From an uncultured Fibrobacterota bacterium (GTDB lineage Bacteria > Fibrobacterota > Chitinivibrionia > Chitinivibrionales > FEN-1185), in the NCBI GenBank assembly GCA_963729895.1, contig CAVSQB010000005.1, positions 192,001 through 256,000 on the forward strand: DNA of 64,000 bases, read 5' to 3'. The notes under the pieces are model-generated. The model searched no databases. It was not told the origin of the DNA and saw only the letters and a list, made by a program, of their open reading frames with translations. Shown in pieces: positions 10,849 to 20,330 of this stretch. Within the stretch, counting starts at the first letter, position 1. The number at the start of each line of letters is the position of its first letter. Position numbers and translations under genes: made by a program.

Positions 10849-12295
10849 CCACTGCCTGTTATCCTTTTCGAACTCGGCCCAAGAATACACTGGCCTTTCA
10901 GGGGTAATGGAGGGTTCTTATCCGGAAAGGGGTTCGGCGGCGCCTGGGAAAACTGGATTACTTCAGTCATGAAGCGTCCTGCACTGTTTGCCGCTATCGG
11001 GTCGGCAGTGCTGGTTGCCTTAATTGTGCCTGTATTCAATATGCGGTTATGGGACTTTGGATGCGGCAATCTTGACTCGGCCATGGAATCCCGGAAGGGC
11101 TTTGAAGAGCTTGAAAGGAACTTCGGAAAAGGGTGGATGGGGCCGGTGATTCTTTTCATCGAAAGCAAGAATGGGACGAGCGTATGGTCGAAAAAATCCA
11201 GGGAAGCAATACGTTCTTTAGCGGACAAACTCGGCCGCGACGAAAGGGTTTTCCTGGTGCAGGGATTTGCCTGCATGCTGACACGCCTGGGACCCGCGCA
11301 GGAAATGATCGACTCCGTCAAAGATCTTCCCCCGGAACTCGTGAAGGGGAGTTCTTCAGCCGTAAGCTCCGACGGTTCCTCGGCCCTCGTCATGCTGGTA
11401 ACGAAGGGCCCTCCAGAGGACGGGGAAGTGATGAAATGGGTTGACAGCCTTTGTCAAGAATCGTGGGAAGACATGCAACGGGCGGGACTGCGCGTCTCCG
11501 TTGGCGGCGTTTCAGCCATGGTTTCCGATTTTGACAAAGAAATGTTTGGAAGCCTGTGGCGGATAATTCCGGTGGTCCTCGTCATTACCTTTGTCGTTCT
11601 TATGGTATACTTCAGGTCGCTGATCATTCCTTTTAAGGCGCTGGTTCTTAACCTGTTCTCCGTGCTCGCATCCTATGGATTTCTGGTACTAGTTTTTCAA
11701 AACGGGGTCATCGCACGGTTTTTTGGAATAGATCCGCCTGGTGGATTGTCCTCGTTCATCGTTCTTATGCTGTTCACCATACTTTTCGGATTATCAATTG
11801 ATTACGAGATATTCCTCATGAGTAGCATTAAGGATGAATATGAGCGAACCAATGATAATTCTTTGGCAGTGGTGCAAGGACTTAAGAACTGCGGCGGAAT
11901 CATCAGTTGTGCTGCCCTTATCATGGTATGTTTGTTTGCTTCGTTCGGGTTTACCAGACTCATTGCCACCCGCGAGTTCGGCTTGGGGCTGGCGTTTGCG
12001 GTTTTTGTGGATGCCACTCTGATACGCGTCATTCTTGTTCCTGTTTTCATGAAATTAATCGGGAAGGCAAACTGGTGGTTCCCGGCATGGTTTTCAAAGG
12101 CGCTGAGGTAAATCGGCATCTCCGTAGAAGAGCACAGACCGGGGTCATTATCAACGGTCAACCCTTGAGCGCCAACATTGCGCACGGTCTTTGAAACAGC
12201 GGCAAGTCGCGGTTGATCTGCCTCTTATTCCGCTTGAACCCACCATCCCGTGCCATCTTTATATTGTTAAGCATTATTTGCGGCTGGTATTTTCA

Positions 12296-12310
12296 TGGTA
12301 TGCCTCGCGC
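12296..12310 (+). promoter_or_regulatory. Sigma54-like -24/-12 element upstream of mscL
   Basis: TGGTATGCCTCGCGC = GG-N10-GC, 42 nt before the ATG; -12 box is weak. Confidence 0.3.
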
Positions 12311-12352
12311 AAGACCGTAGTATGCTGGCAAAAACAATGGAAGGAGACTCGC

Positions 12353-12808
12353 ATGAATTCGCTCCCTAAAATTGGTGGCATCTATCCTGCAAGAAGAGCG
12401 ATAACTCTGCTTGATGAGTTCAAGGCCTTTGCTTTCAAGGGAAATGTCATCGACATGGCGGTTGGGGTCATCATAGGCGCAGCGTTCGGGAAGATCATCG
12501 ATTCATTCGTAAAACACATAATGATGCCGGTAATCGGTTTGCTTCTTCCCACCAACCAAGGCTATCTCGGCTGGAAGCTGGTGGTGGGCGCAAAAGAAGT
12601 GCCCTACGGCCTGTTTATCGGGGAAGCGATGAATTTCCTGATAATTGCGGCAGTGCTGTTCGTCTTTGTAGTCAAGTTCCTGGGATTTCTCACCACATTC
12701 AGGCAGAAAGAAACAGCTGCGCAACCGGCGCTTACCACAGAGGAACAGCTCTTAACGGAGATTCGTGATCTGTTGCAGGCCCAAGATAAAGCCGTAACGG
12801 GTAAGTAA
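12353..12808 (+). CDS. mscL: Large-conductance mechanosensitive channel
   Basis: EFKAFAFKGNVIDMAVGVIIGAAFGKII and LLTEIRDLL; RBS AAGGAG before ATG 12353. Confidence 0.95.
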   Translation: MNSLPKIGGIYPARRAITLLDEFKAFAFKGNVIDMAVGVIIGAAFGKIIDSFVKHIMMPVIGLLLPTNQGYLGWKLVVGAKEVPYGLFIGEAMNFLIIAAVLFVFVVKFLGFLTTFRQKETAAQPALTTEEQLLTEIRDLLQAQDKAVTGK

Positions 12809-12850
12809 TGGCAGTGCTCCCATGCTATGTCTTGCGTTCGTAAAGAACTC

Positions 12851-13495
12851 TCAATCTCCGTACAATGCTTTGAGCGCATCAACGGTCGGGTGTCCGGCGT
12901 AAAATTCACCCTGCGGCCCGATATACCCGTTCTTATGTTTTATCAGCCTTACGGGCGTAAATCCTCCTTTTGAATTCGGGATATTTATCATTGTCGTGTC
13001 TTTTGACGCCAAGTTCGGCTGGGTTTGCAGCGCCCTGGAAACAGGCGCTTGGACCTGATCCGTTGCCGACGCAACCGGCGCTGATGCGGCATCATTTGCA
13101 ACAGGTTCCGGCACAACGACATAGCCGCCGCTCGAATAGGGACTAAAGTAGTATCCGCCTGAATAGTAATACGGGGCCCCATCGACAACGACCGTGGTGT
13201 AATCGTCTGGGAGGTAGGCAACATAAGCCCCTATGTAAGGCGTAAAACCATACCAATAGGGCCAATACGGCCCGCCCGAATAATAGCCGTAACCATGATT
13301 ATAACCGGAATGATAGCCGTAACCACCTCCCCGAAACCCTCCGTAGCCGCCGCCGTGATATCCACCGCCGCTCCTGGCAGATGAACCACCGCGTGACCCG
13401 CCGCCCCAGGCAGATGCGTCGACTGGGGCCAGGATTACCATGAGACCCAGCCCGACAATTACCCCATATTTTAAGCACGAAGTTTTGTTTTTCAT
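12851..13495 (-). CDS. Secreted Gly/Tyr-rich hypothetical protein
   Basis: RBS AAAGGAG, signal peptide ending ASA, GGGYHGG repeats, Tyr/Pro-rich middle, compact C-terminal domain. Confidence 0.8.
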   Translation of the reverse strand: MKNKTSCLKYGVIVGLGLMVILAPVDASAWGGGSRGGSSARSGGGYHGGGYGGFRGGGYGYHSGYNHGYGYYSGGPYWPYWYGFTPYIGAYVAYLPDDYTTVVVDGAPYYYSGGYYFSPYSSGGYVVVPEPVANDAASAPVASATDQVQAPVSRALQTQPNLASKDTTMINIPNSKGGFTPVRLIKHKNGYIGPQGEFYAGHPTVDALKALYGD

Positions 13496-13656
13496 ATGGT
13501 CTCCTTTACTCAATTATATATTATACTTCAAGAGAGAGAAAAAAGTTACAGAAAAACAGACCGAGTCTGGATTATGGCATCATCGATCAAACCAATTCGA
13601 AGTGCTGTACTGGAGATACCGTCTCAACCGGCAATAACGGGGCAAGATAGTTCAAC

Positions 13657-13696
13657 AAAAAAAACCCGGTCTCCTAAGAGAGAAGGGGCCTTTTTT
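13657..13696 (-). terminator. Probable intrinsic (possibly bidirectional) terminator after the LRR gene
   Basis: Imperfect GC stem flanked by an A-tract and a T-tract. Confidence 0.45.
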
Positions 13697-13730
13697 GCTA
13701 TGGGAAAGAGGTCAAGTGCAACGAGAATGG

Positions 13731-14429
13731 TCACCAGCACTTTTGTTTTGACTTCCAACGGTCGTCCCATTTCCTGAGCCACGCTGAAAGCTCTCCGGAT
13801 GCCTTGCAAATCTTATTGTCCTGAAAATCGACATAGGTGAGGCTTTTCATTTTTATGAGGCTCCCGGGCAGCGTGATGAGCTTATTGCTGGAGAGGTACA
13901 ATTGCTTGAGCCCGGCGAGTTTCCCGATGCTCTCGGGAATCGACGCAAAATTGTTGCTGGAAAGCTTGAGCACCCGGAGGTGATTAAGCGAAAATAGTTC
14001 CTTGGGCAGTTGCGAAAGCTGGTTGTTGCGGAGGTCAAGTTCCTGAAGTGCACCCAGTTTTCCCATCTCGGGAGGCAGTTCTTCAATCTGGTTGTATTGG
14101 AGGTCGAGCGTCGCAAGTGCGGTGAGCGATGCGAGTTCCGGAGGCAGGGAGACGATTTCGTTGCGGGCAAAGTGCAGTTCCTTGAGCGCGCTGAGCTTAC
14201 GGATCTCCGGCGGTATGCTCTTTATTCCCCCCTTTTCCATTTCCTTGTTGGTAAGGTCCAGGAAAACGATCCGGCCTTCCGCATTGGTCTTGCACACGCT
14301 TTCCACCGTGACGTCGGTGCGGCCGGCGCTGTCGAGGATGGCGCGCACCACAGCCATTTCGTCGGGCTTGCTCTGCGCGAACGCCGACGCGACCGCCGCC
14401 ACACAGAGTAGAAAGGCTGTTTTTTTCAT
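13731..14429 (-). CDS. Secreted leucine-rich repeat protein
   Basis: Signal peptide (AFA), repeated LxxLxLxxNxLxxLPxxIxxL; RBS GGAGG. Confidence 0.92.
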   Translation of the reverse strand: MKKTAFLLCVAAVASAFAQSKPDEMAVVRAILDSAGRTDVTVESVCKTNAEGRIVFLDLTNKEMEKGGIKSIPPEIRKLSALKELHFARNEIVSLPPELASLTALATLDLQYNQIEELPPEMGKLGALQELDLRNNQLSQLPKELFSLNHLRVLKLSSNNFASIPESIGKLAGLKQLYLSSNKLITLPGSLIKMKSLTYVDFQDNKICKASGELSAWLRKWDDRWKSKQKCW

Positions 14430-14552
14430 ATGGTCCTCCATGCCGAAACGGTTTCAATTATGCCATTTGTAAAGGTGGTTAATAATATACTACTAAGGCG
14501 GGCCAAAGTCAAATCAGCTTCGCCGGGCCGGTTTTCTGCGGCCTTGTGCGTC

Positions 14553-15209
14553 CTACTTCGCCGCTTTGACGTTCACAAGCGTCCTGAGGACTTCCAGGGG
14601 AACAAAGCCGTCGAAACGTGTGCCGTTGAGGTAGATGGTGGGCGTTCCCGCTATCCGCATCTTCGTTCCTGACTCTACCTGACCCGCAATGGCGGAAGTG
14701 TACGTGCCTGCGCCCAGACATTGCTCAAAGGAGGAGACGTCGAGACCAAGCCGCCGGGCCACTGTGACGAATGTTTCATTTGTCAAGTCATCTTTGAGCC
14801 CGAACACGGCATCGGAATATTCCCAGAATTTTCCCTGCTGCCCGGCGCATTCCGAAGCTTCTGCAGCTCTCCGAGCAAGGGAGTGGTTGTCGAGCGGGAA
14901 GTGACGGTACACCCAGCGAATATCGGTTTCTTTCATGAGTGTGTTCATGGATTGATGAAATTGAGCGCAAAACGGGCATTGAAAATCCGCATATTCTATG
15001 AGGGTGTATTTGGCGTCCTGCTTACCGCGGACATGGTCGGTGGAAAGAACCTTGGGCGCCGGCAGGAGCGCAACTTGCATCCCGGCAAGGACATTAGGAA
15101 ATTGCTGTCGTACGATGAGGATACCGTTGGTGATGATGCTGAGAATCAGGAGGACAAGGAGAAACTTCTTTGAAAAGATCTCTGTTCTGTTCGAACCCGC
15201 TGTTTTCAT
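14553..15209 (-). CDS. Membrane-anchored DsbA-family thiol-disulfide oxidoreductase
   Basis: N-terminal TM, EYADFQCPFC, YRHFPL, cis-Pro GTPT motif. Confidence 0.92.
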   Translation of the reverse strand: MKTAGSNRTEIFSKKFLLVLLILSIITNGILIVRQQFPNVLAGMQVALLPAPKVLSTDHVRGKQDAKYTLIEYADFQCPFCAQFHQSMNTLMKETDIRWVYRHFPLDNHSLARRAAEASECAGQQGKFWEYSDAVFGLKDDLTNETFVTVARRLGLDVSSFEQCLGAGTYTSAIAGQVESGTKMRIAGTPTIYLNGTRFDGFVPLEVLRTLVNVKAAK

Positions 15210-15378
15210 GGTTGCACCTCAAAAAGCAAAATCGCTGGACGGAAGCCGGCCTGACTTGAATAAGACGCCGCCCATGCGTTCCCGCCCCACTTGGGGCGGA
15301 GGTTCTTTGAAAAGAGTTGAAATGAAAGGACACAACACGTTCGGTGTGTCCATAAGGCGGTCTGGTCGGTGATTCCCA

Positions 15379-15654
15379 CTATCCGCTGCAATAATCGTAA
15401 TAGGTGCACGGAGGGTTGGTGGGGATGCTCTGGTAGCACTTGCCTGAAGCGCTTCCGGTATTGCAATGATACGGGTAACCGTTGGGGCAACATTTTTGTG
15501 AACTGCTGCAAGCGGTATAGCCGGACGAGCAACTCGCGGCGGCGAGAGGATTGACGCCGCCGATGCAGGCAACCAGGAACAGGCCCAGAACAGGTAAAGC
15601 GAGGAGTGCACGTACACAAAGCCGAAGCATGGACTTGCAGTTTGAATTCGCCAT
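15379..15654 (-). CDS. Small cysteine-rich putative lipoprotein (8 Cys in the mature domain)
   Basis: RBS GGAGA, hydrophobic signal ending LVAC, then C-x6-C-x5-CC-x7-C-x8-C-x9-C-x5-C. Confidence 0.75.
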   Translation of the reverse strand: MANSNCKSMLRLCVRALLALPVLGLFLVACIGGVNPLAAASCSSGYTACSSSQKCCPNGYPYHCNTGSASGKCYQSIPTNPPCTYYDYCSG

Positions 15655-16059
15655 AACGGGTGTCTCCGATCCTTAGATGGTTGATAATTGTTCTTTCGGG
15701 AGCGGCCGGCGACAGTGATGCGTTTTCTTTACAGACTCCATAGTTCCCCGCCGGGAACCGCAAGATGGCCGCCGCCTGGGGCAACCCTCACTTGAGATTA
15801 TACGGTTTCCGCAGGTTCATGTCAACCCTACCGAAACAAACCGCACTGTTTTCCGGCGGGTGCGACAAAACAGAAATTGTAGCCCGCAACTCCGGCCAAC
15901 GCTCACCCGGAGCATTTGCCAAATGTCCACGGTCTGTAGAAGCGCCTTGGACGGGCTGCGGTTCGGAGGGGCGGACCGGCGGCATTTTCTTCGACGAGAC
16001 CAAAAGAAGCGCGGCCGATACACGGCCGCGCTCGCGTGAGACAATCTTTTGTGCTGATT

Positions 16060-16641
16060 TCAGTAGCCCGGGTACTCGGATTCCTTCTTTGCATCCGCAG
16101 CATTTTTGGGATCGGACGCCCATTTGTCGTAATCGCTCTTGACATCGGCAAAGTCCTTGGCATCCATATCTTTTTCGTCTTTGTCCTCGGGGTTTTGCTG
16201 TACCCAGCTGATTTTGCCTTTTTCAGATTCGATCTTCTGGGTGGCCGACGCACCGTCCATCGGCGCAAAGGTGCTTGTATTGATTGTGACGACGCTCGAA
16301 ATTGTCACTACCGTGTGCTGGATGAAATAGATCTTGCCCGCTGCGAAATTGAACTTGACCTTGGATTTGTTTGTCGCGTCGCCGATAATCACATGTTCAC
16401 CGGGATCGACCGGGAAGGTGAGCATGGTGTTTCCTTCGGTGCCGCCCACGTATTTCTGGTCGCAGTAGATCGGGACAAAAACGTTACCCATGAAGGCCAT
16501 GGGACGGATGATGACGCACAGCGCCTTGTCCGGAATCGGCTTGAGTTCCGGCAGGGTTTTATTGTAAATCAACTTGGGAACGCAACCGGCTATGAAGATG
16601 AGAGACACTGTTGCGACTGCCGCCATGCACGCGCGCTTCAT
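16060..16641 (-). CDS. Lipoprotein, DUF2846-like
   Basis: RBS GGAGG, lipobox IAGC, PDKALCVIIRP...VDPGEH...GKIYFI. Confidence 0.7.
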   Translation of the reverse strand: MKRACMAAVATVSLIFIAGCVPKLIYNKTLPELKPIPDKALCVIIRPMAFMGNVFVPIYCDQKYVGGTEGNTMLTFPVDPGEHVIIGDATNKSKVKFNFAAGKIYFIQHTVVTISSVVTINTSTFAPMDGASATQKIESEKGKISWVQQNPEDKDEKDMDAKDFADVKSDYDKWASDPKNAADAKKESEYPGY

Positions 16642-17122
16642 GGAACCTCCGATACCGTCGTTCGTCGAAATAGTCAACAAAAACCAGACCATGATAAATA
16701 GTATCTGCCATGCCAAAGAAAAAGAAATAGACTTGTGAAAGAACGATCGTCCCTGGAGCGGGTCTCTGCTGCGCGTTCCACGCCCCGCAGTGAAGTCTCC
16801 CTCGTTGCCCGGGGCGGACCGGCCCGGAGAAATTGAAGGAGCAGCCGGCCGCTTATCGCCGCATTTGACAGGAAGCTCAAAAGACCGTATACTTTCAAGA
16901 GAGGCAGGTGGCGGGAAATCAAACGTGTGGTTAGCACAAGGTGCATGATGATTGGCTTCAAGAGTCCGCTCGCAGTTCTGTTCTGGCTTTCGATAAGCAT
17001 GGCCTCACCCCACGATGTCGACATACTACAATCGGGAACGGAAAATTGGAATAAATGGAGAGCACAAAACCCGGGCGTCAAACCTGACTTTGCGGGAGCG
17101 GACCTGCGGCTGGCCGACCTAG

Positions 17123-18434
17123 CAGGTTGTTGAAATAGTCCTAACAGAAGCGCTCTTGTTGATTTTTTATGAACCTAACTTCAACTTTACATATGTCAGA
17201 GAGGTTTTACCTGCCTCGTTCCGAGGCATTTCCCCGGATTCCCAGGCCATTCTCATGCTGCCCCCACCGTTTGCGGCATCAACTTAACCATGCGTATCAA
17301 GTTGTACGCTGCGGCAACCACGTAGGCAACAGTCTGGTTGATTCGTATTCCTCTTACCCGAGTTTTCCGCAGGCCACCGACGCTCTTGATCCACCCAAAT
17401 ATCTCTTCAACCCGTTTTCGTTTCCGTTGACTTACGCTGTATCCCTTATGCCGAGTCGTTCTTCCATCCAACCCTTTAAGCGAAGTGTTGGCCTTCTCGG
17501 CAATGTGAGGCTTCACGTGCAGGCGTCGCAGGCTCTTGATAAATTCGGTTGCATGATACCCTTTGTCTGCACCCACCGTCTTCATCCGGCGTTTTCCGCG
17601 CCTGCGTTCATGCTTTATCAGCTCAAGCGCCATATCCCGTTCCGCTGTCCCCGTCGCTGGCGCAATGGCGATATCAACACACAACCCATTTCGGTTTTCC
17701 ATCAGCACGTGACCGGAATACGCCAGCTGCGCTCCCGTTCTCTTGTTCTTCCGAGCCAACAGCGCCTCTGGATCGGTCGAACTCTGATGTGTCTCATTGC
17801 TTCGCTTCTCATGGTGGAAATCAACCGACGGATTACTCCGATCATCGTCAGTCTTGTTCGCCGATTCCGCGTCTTTTCGCTTGAAGCTCTTCATCGATGC
17901 CCAGGCTTCAATCAACGTGCCGTCAACCGTGAAATGCTCATCGGACAACAACTCTTCGGAACGAGCAAGACGCACGATTTCCTGCATCAGCCGGTGCGCA
18001 ATCTCCTGTTCCATAAGTCGATCTCGGTTCTTCGAAAACACACTATGATCAAACGATGCCGCATCCAGATCCATGTCAAGAAACCATCGGAACAGAATGT
18101 TATAGTCCAGCATCTCGCAAAACAACCGGTCCGACCGTATCGAAAACAAAGCCATCAATATCTGTGCTTTCAAAAGCCATTCCGGCGGTATCGAAGGGCG
18201 CCCCATCCGGCTGTACATCGCCTCAAAGTCACGAGAAAGGCGGCGCAGCGCTATGTCCGTAAACTGTTTGACACGACGAAGCGGGTGCGTTGCCGGCACT
18301 CGGGAATCCGGAGAAACGAAGCTGAACATACCGCCTTGGGCTGGCTGGGAACCTCTCATCAATACTCCTTGGTTGGGGTTCCCCTATAATATAAGGATAA
18401 ATGTTTACAAAAGGGAGACTTTTTCAACACCCTG
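17123..18434 (-). mobile_element. IS5-family (IS5/IS1182-like) insertion sequence, 1312 bp, TSD CTAG
   Basis: Ends CAGGTTGTTGAAA / TTTCAACACCCTG (12 of 13 match); CTAG at 17119-17122 and 18435-18438. Confidence 0.93.
17253..18362 (-). CDS. IS5-family DDE transposase
   Basis: HPLRRVK, GRPSIPPE, FTVDGTLI, GADKGY, RKRVEEIFGWIK, AAYNL. Confidence 0.93.
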   Translation of the reverse strand: MMRGSQPAQGGMFSFVSPDSRVPATHPLRRVKQFTDIALRRLSRDFEAMYSRMGRPSIPPEWLLKAQILMALFSIRSDRLFCEMLDYNILFRWFLDMDLDAASFDHSVFSKNRDRLMEQEIAHRLMQEIVRLARSEELLSDEHFTVDGTLIEAWASMKSFKRKDAESANKTDDDRSNPSVDFHHEKRSNETHQSSTDPEALLARKNKRTGAQLAYSGHVLMENRNGLCVDIAIAPATGTAERDMALELIKHERRRGKRRMKTVGADKGYHATEFIKSLRRLHVKPHIAEKANTSLKGLDGRTTRHKGYSVSQRKRKRVEEIFGWIKSVGGLRKTRVRGIRINQTVAYVVAAAYNLIRMVKLMPQTVGAA

Positions 18435-19470
18435 CTAGAGAGAGCAAACCTTGAAAAGGCCGACTTTGAGGGAGCCAGGCTTCAAGGAGCCAAACTACCG
18501 GGCGCCTATCTTGCGGGAGCCAACCTTCATGGAGCCAACCTTGGGGGAGCCAACCTTCGTGGGGCCGACCTTTTTGGAGCGGATCTTGGCGGGGCCAACC
18601 TTCGAAGGGCAGATCTTAGGGCAGCCTATTTTCAGGGAGCCAACCTTGCGGGTGCCGACCTCACGGGAGCCAATCTGGAGAAAGCCAAGCTTCATGGGGT
18701 CAACCTTTCGGAGGCAAAACTTGGTGGGGCGGACCTTAGGGGCGCCTACCTTTGGGGCGCAAACCTTTCGGGTGCCGGCCTTTCGGGCGCCAACCTTCGT
18801 GCAGCCAACCTGCAGGAAGCCTATCTTGCAGAAGCAAACCTCACCGGCGCCGACCTTTTTGGGGCACGCCTTTCGGGCGCCAACCTTGTGGCGGCCGACC
18901 TTTCGAAATCCAATCTCGTAGACGCTGACCTCGAGGGAGCCGACCTCCAGGAGACTGACCTTTCGGGGGCGTACCTTTCAGGCGCCAATCTTCGGGAAGC
19001 CGATCTTCAGGGATGCAAACTCGACAAAACCGGATCATTTTACAAGGCAAAACTTGACCCGGAAATCTTATCAAAGATAAAGGCCAATTGGCCGGAAGAA
19101 ATTGCAACTTCTTGGGATGATGCACGAAAAGATTGGGTTCTCGACAAAGGTCTTCTTGAGCGGATCAAGAAACCTGATTGGCATGGGTGGCCGGAGGAAG
19201 AAAAGTAGGGGAAATGATTGACCTTCCTTTCCATCATTCTTGTCCACGTGGATTAACCTGAACAAACGCCCGCACACGCAAGAAACAACACGACGGCACT
19301 TTTAAGGCCGGAGAACGCCAGGGTCTGGCACGTCTTGATAGTGGTTCGGCATGCCGGTCCTACGGCCTGAGCGCGCTTGCGTCGTGATAAATACGGTATT
19401 CCTTGCGGCTGCTCAGGCAGGTAGTTGAAGTGAACTGTGCGCCAAATGTTTTAAAAAGAAGGAAAAAAGG

Positions 19471-19500
19471 TGACAAAACGTGATAAAAATTGATAAAACG
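19471..19500. repeat. Three tandem 10-bp direct repeats TGA(C/T)AAAA(CG/AT)
   Basis: TGACAAAACG TGATAAAAAT TGATAAAACG, 80 nt downstream of the tRNA-Pro 3' end. Confidence 0.8.
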
Positions 19501-19579
19501 GAAGGTAAGAAAGAAGGCCCGACTTTCTACGCTGTCAAGCCTTTTCCCTATGAAAACAGCGAAATTAGCGGAAAAAAAC

Positions 19580-19657
19580 TGGTCGGTGTGACTGGATTTG
19601 AACCAGCGACCCCTACCACCCCAAGGTAGTGCTCTAGCCGGGCTGAGCCACACACCG
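19580..19657 (-). tRNA. tRNA-Pro(GGG) with encoded CCA
   Basis: CGGTGTG acceptor stem, anticodon arm CTACC-TTGGGGT-GGTAG, T-loop GGTTCAAATCC, 3' ACCA. Confidence 0.97.
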
Positions 19658-19714
19658 ACAATTTTAAGTATCTTAAAATAATCTTCGACCGCCGTCAGTC
19701 AGGAGAAAAATCAT

Positions 19715-20281
19715 TTATCGCCCTTTCAGGTTTTTTCTTCCATCCCTCTCCGCCTTGCTCAGCCTGCAACCGCAATAATCCTGTCTGTAAAGCCCCAAGT
19801 CCTGGCTGAGCCGTACGCTTTTGAGAAACCCGTCGCTCTTCTTGAAATTGAACGGCTTGTACGAAACCCCGAATTCCTGAGCTGCCGATTTTCCTGTCTT
19901 GTTAAGCATGTCGATCCTCTTGTGCGGGCTTATGCTCATTACGGTTGTAAAACGGGTCCAGCCGATTTCGGCGCAAAAGGCGGCGGTTCGCCTGAGCCGC
20001 AAGGAGAAACATCGTTCGCATCGCACACCGCCCTCCGGAGTATTGGAAACATCCTTGACCGCCAGCTCCCATTGGTCCGGTTTGTACGGATCGGCGCCGA
20101 AGGGGACATTGTAGAACCGTGCGATTCTGTGCGCCTCCGCAAGCCTTGTATCGTATTCTTCCTGCGGCTGAATGTTTGGATTGCAAAAGAAACATCGTAA
20201 TTCGAATTCAGAAGTGAGCGAATGTACCACCCACGCCTCATCCGGGGCGCAGCAAATGTGAAGCAGCAGCTGGGGTTTCAT
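19715..20281 (-). CDS. queH: Epoxyqueuosine reductase QueH (DUF208)
   Basis: LLLHICCAP, NPNIQP, EGGVRCERCF, ISPHK, YRQDYCGC. Confidence 0.92.
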   Translation of the reverse strand: MKPQLLLHICCAPDEAWVVHSLTSEFELRCFFCNPNIQPQEEYDTRLAEAHRIARFYNVPFGADPYKPDQWELAVKDVSNTPEGGVRCERCFSLRLRRTAAFCAEIGWTRFTTVMSISPHKRIDMLNKTGKSAAQEFGVSYKPFNFKKSDGFLKSVRLSQDLGLYRQDYCGCRLSKAERDGRKNLKGR

Positions 20282-20330
20282 GGTGTAGTTTGTCCCACCT
20301 TGCAATCCTTGACGGAAATCTTTCTTTGGA

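Larger units (their letters stand above)
9654..10851 (+). mobile_element. IS3-family insertion sequence, 1198 bp, 4-bp TSD CTGC
   Basis: Ends TGGCTATACCCC.../...GGGGTATAGCCA (TG...CA) with imperfect IR of about 43 bp; CTGC at 9650-9653 and 10852-10855. Confidence 0.95.
8672..12111 (+). pseudogene. MMPL-family (RND superfamily) lipid exporter interrupted by an IS3-family element
   Basis: GMGVGVDYSLFILSRFR in the 5' half and FGLSIDYEIFL/DATLIRVILVP in the 3' half; removing the IS plus one CTGC copy restores an in-frame 745-aa ORF (...VSLLPVILFELGPRIHWP...). Confidence 0.92.
16945..19208 (+). pseudogene. Pentapeptide-repeat protein interrupted by an IS5-family element
   Basis: N-terminal ILQSGTENWNKWRAQNP cap and A(D/N)LxG repeats; removing the IS plus one CTAG copy restores the frame (...ADLRLADLERANLEKADFEGA...) to stop 19208; start may instead be ATG 16999. 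Confidence 0.92.

Noticed and set aside
18451..18921. 156-aa ORF with EPTF/APTF repeats
   Set aside because: Off-frame reading of the pentapeptide gene
18440..19020. 15-nt periodic repeats (GGAGCCAACCTT...) resembling a CRISPR or tandem array
   Set aside because: Explained by pentapeptide-repeat coding; no unique spacers and no cas genes
19360..19653. 97-aa ORF over the tRNA
   Set aside because: Spurious; overlaps tRNA-Pro
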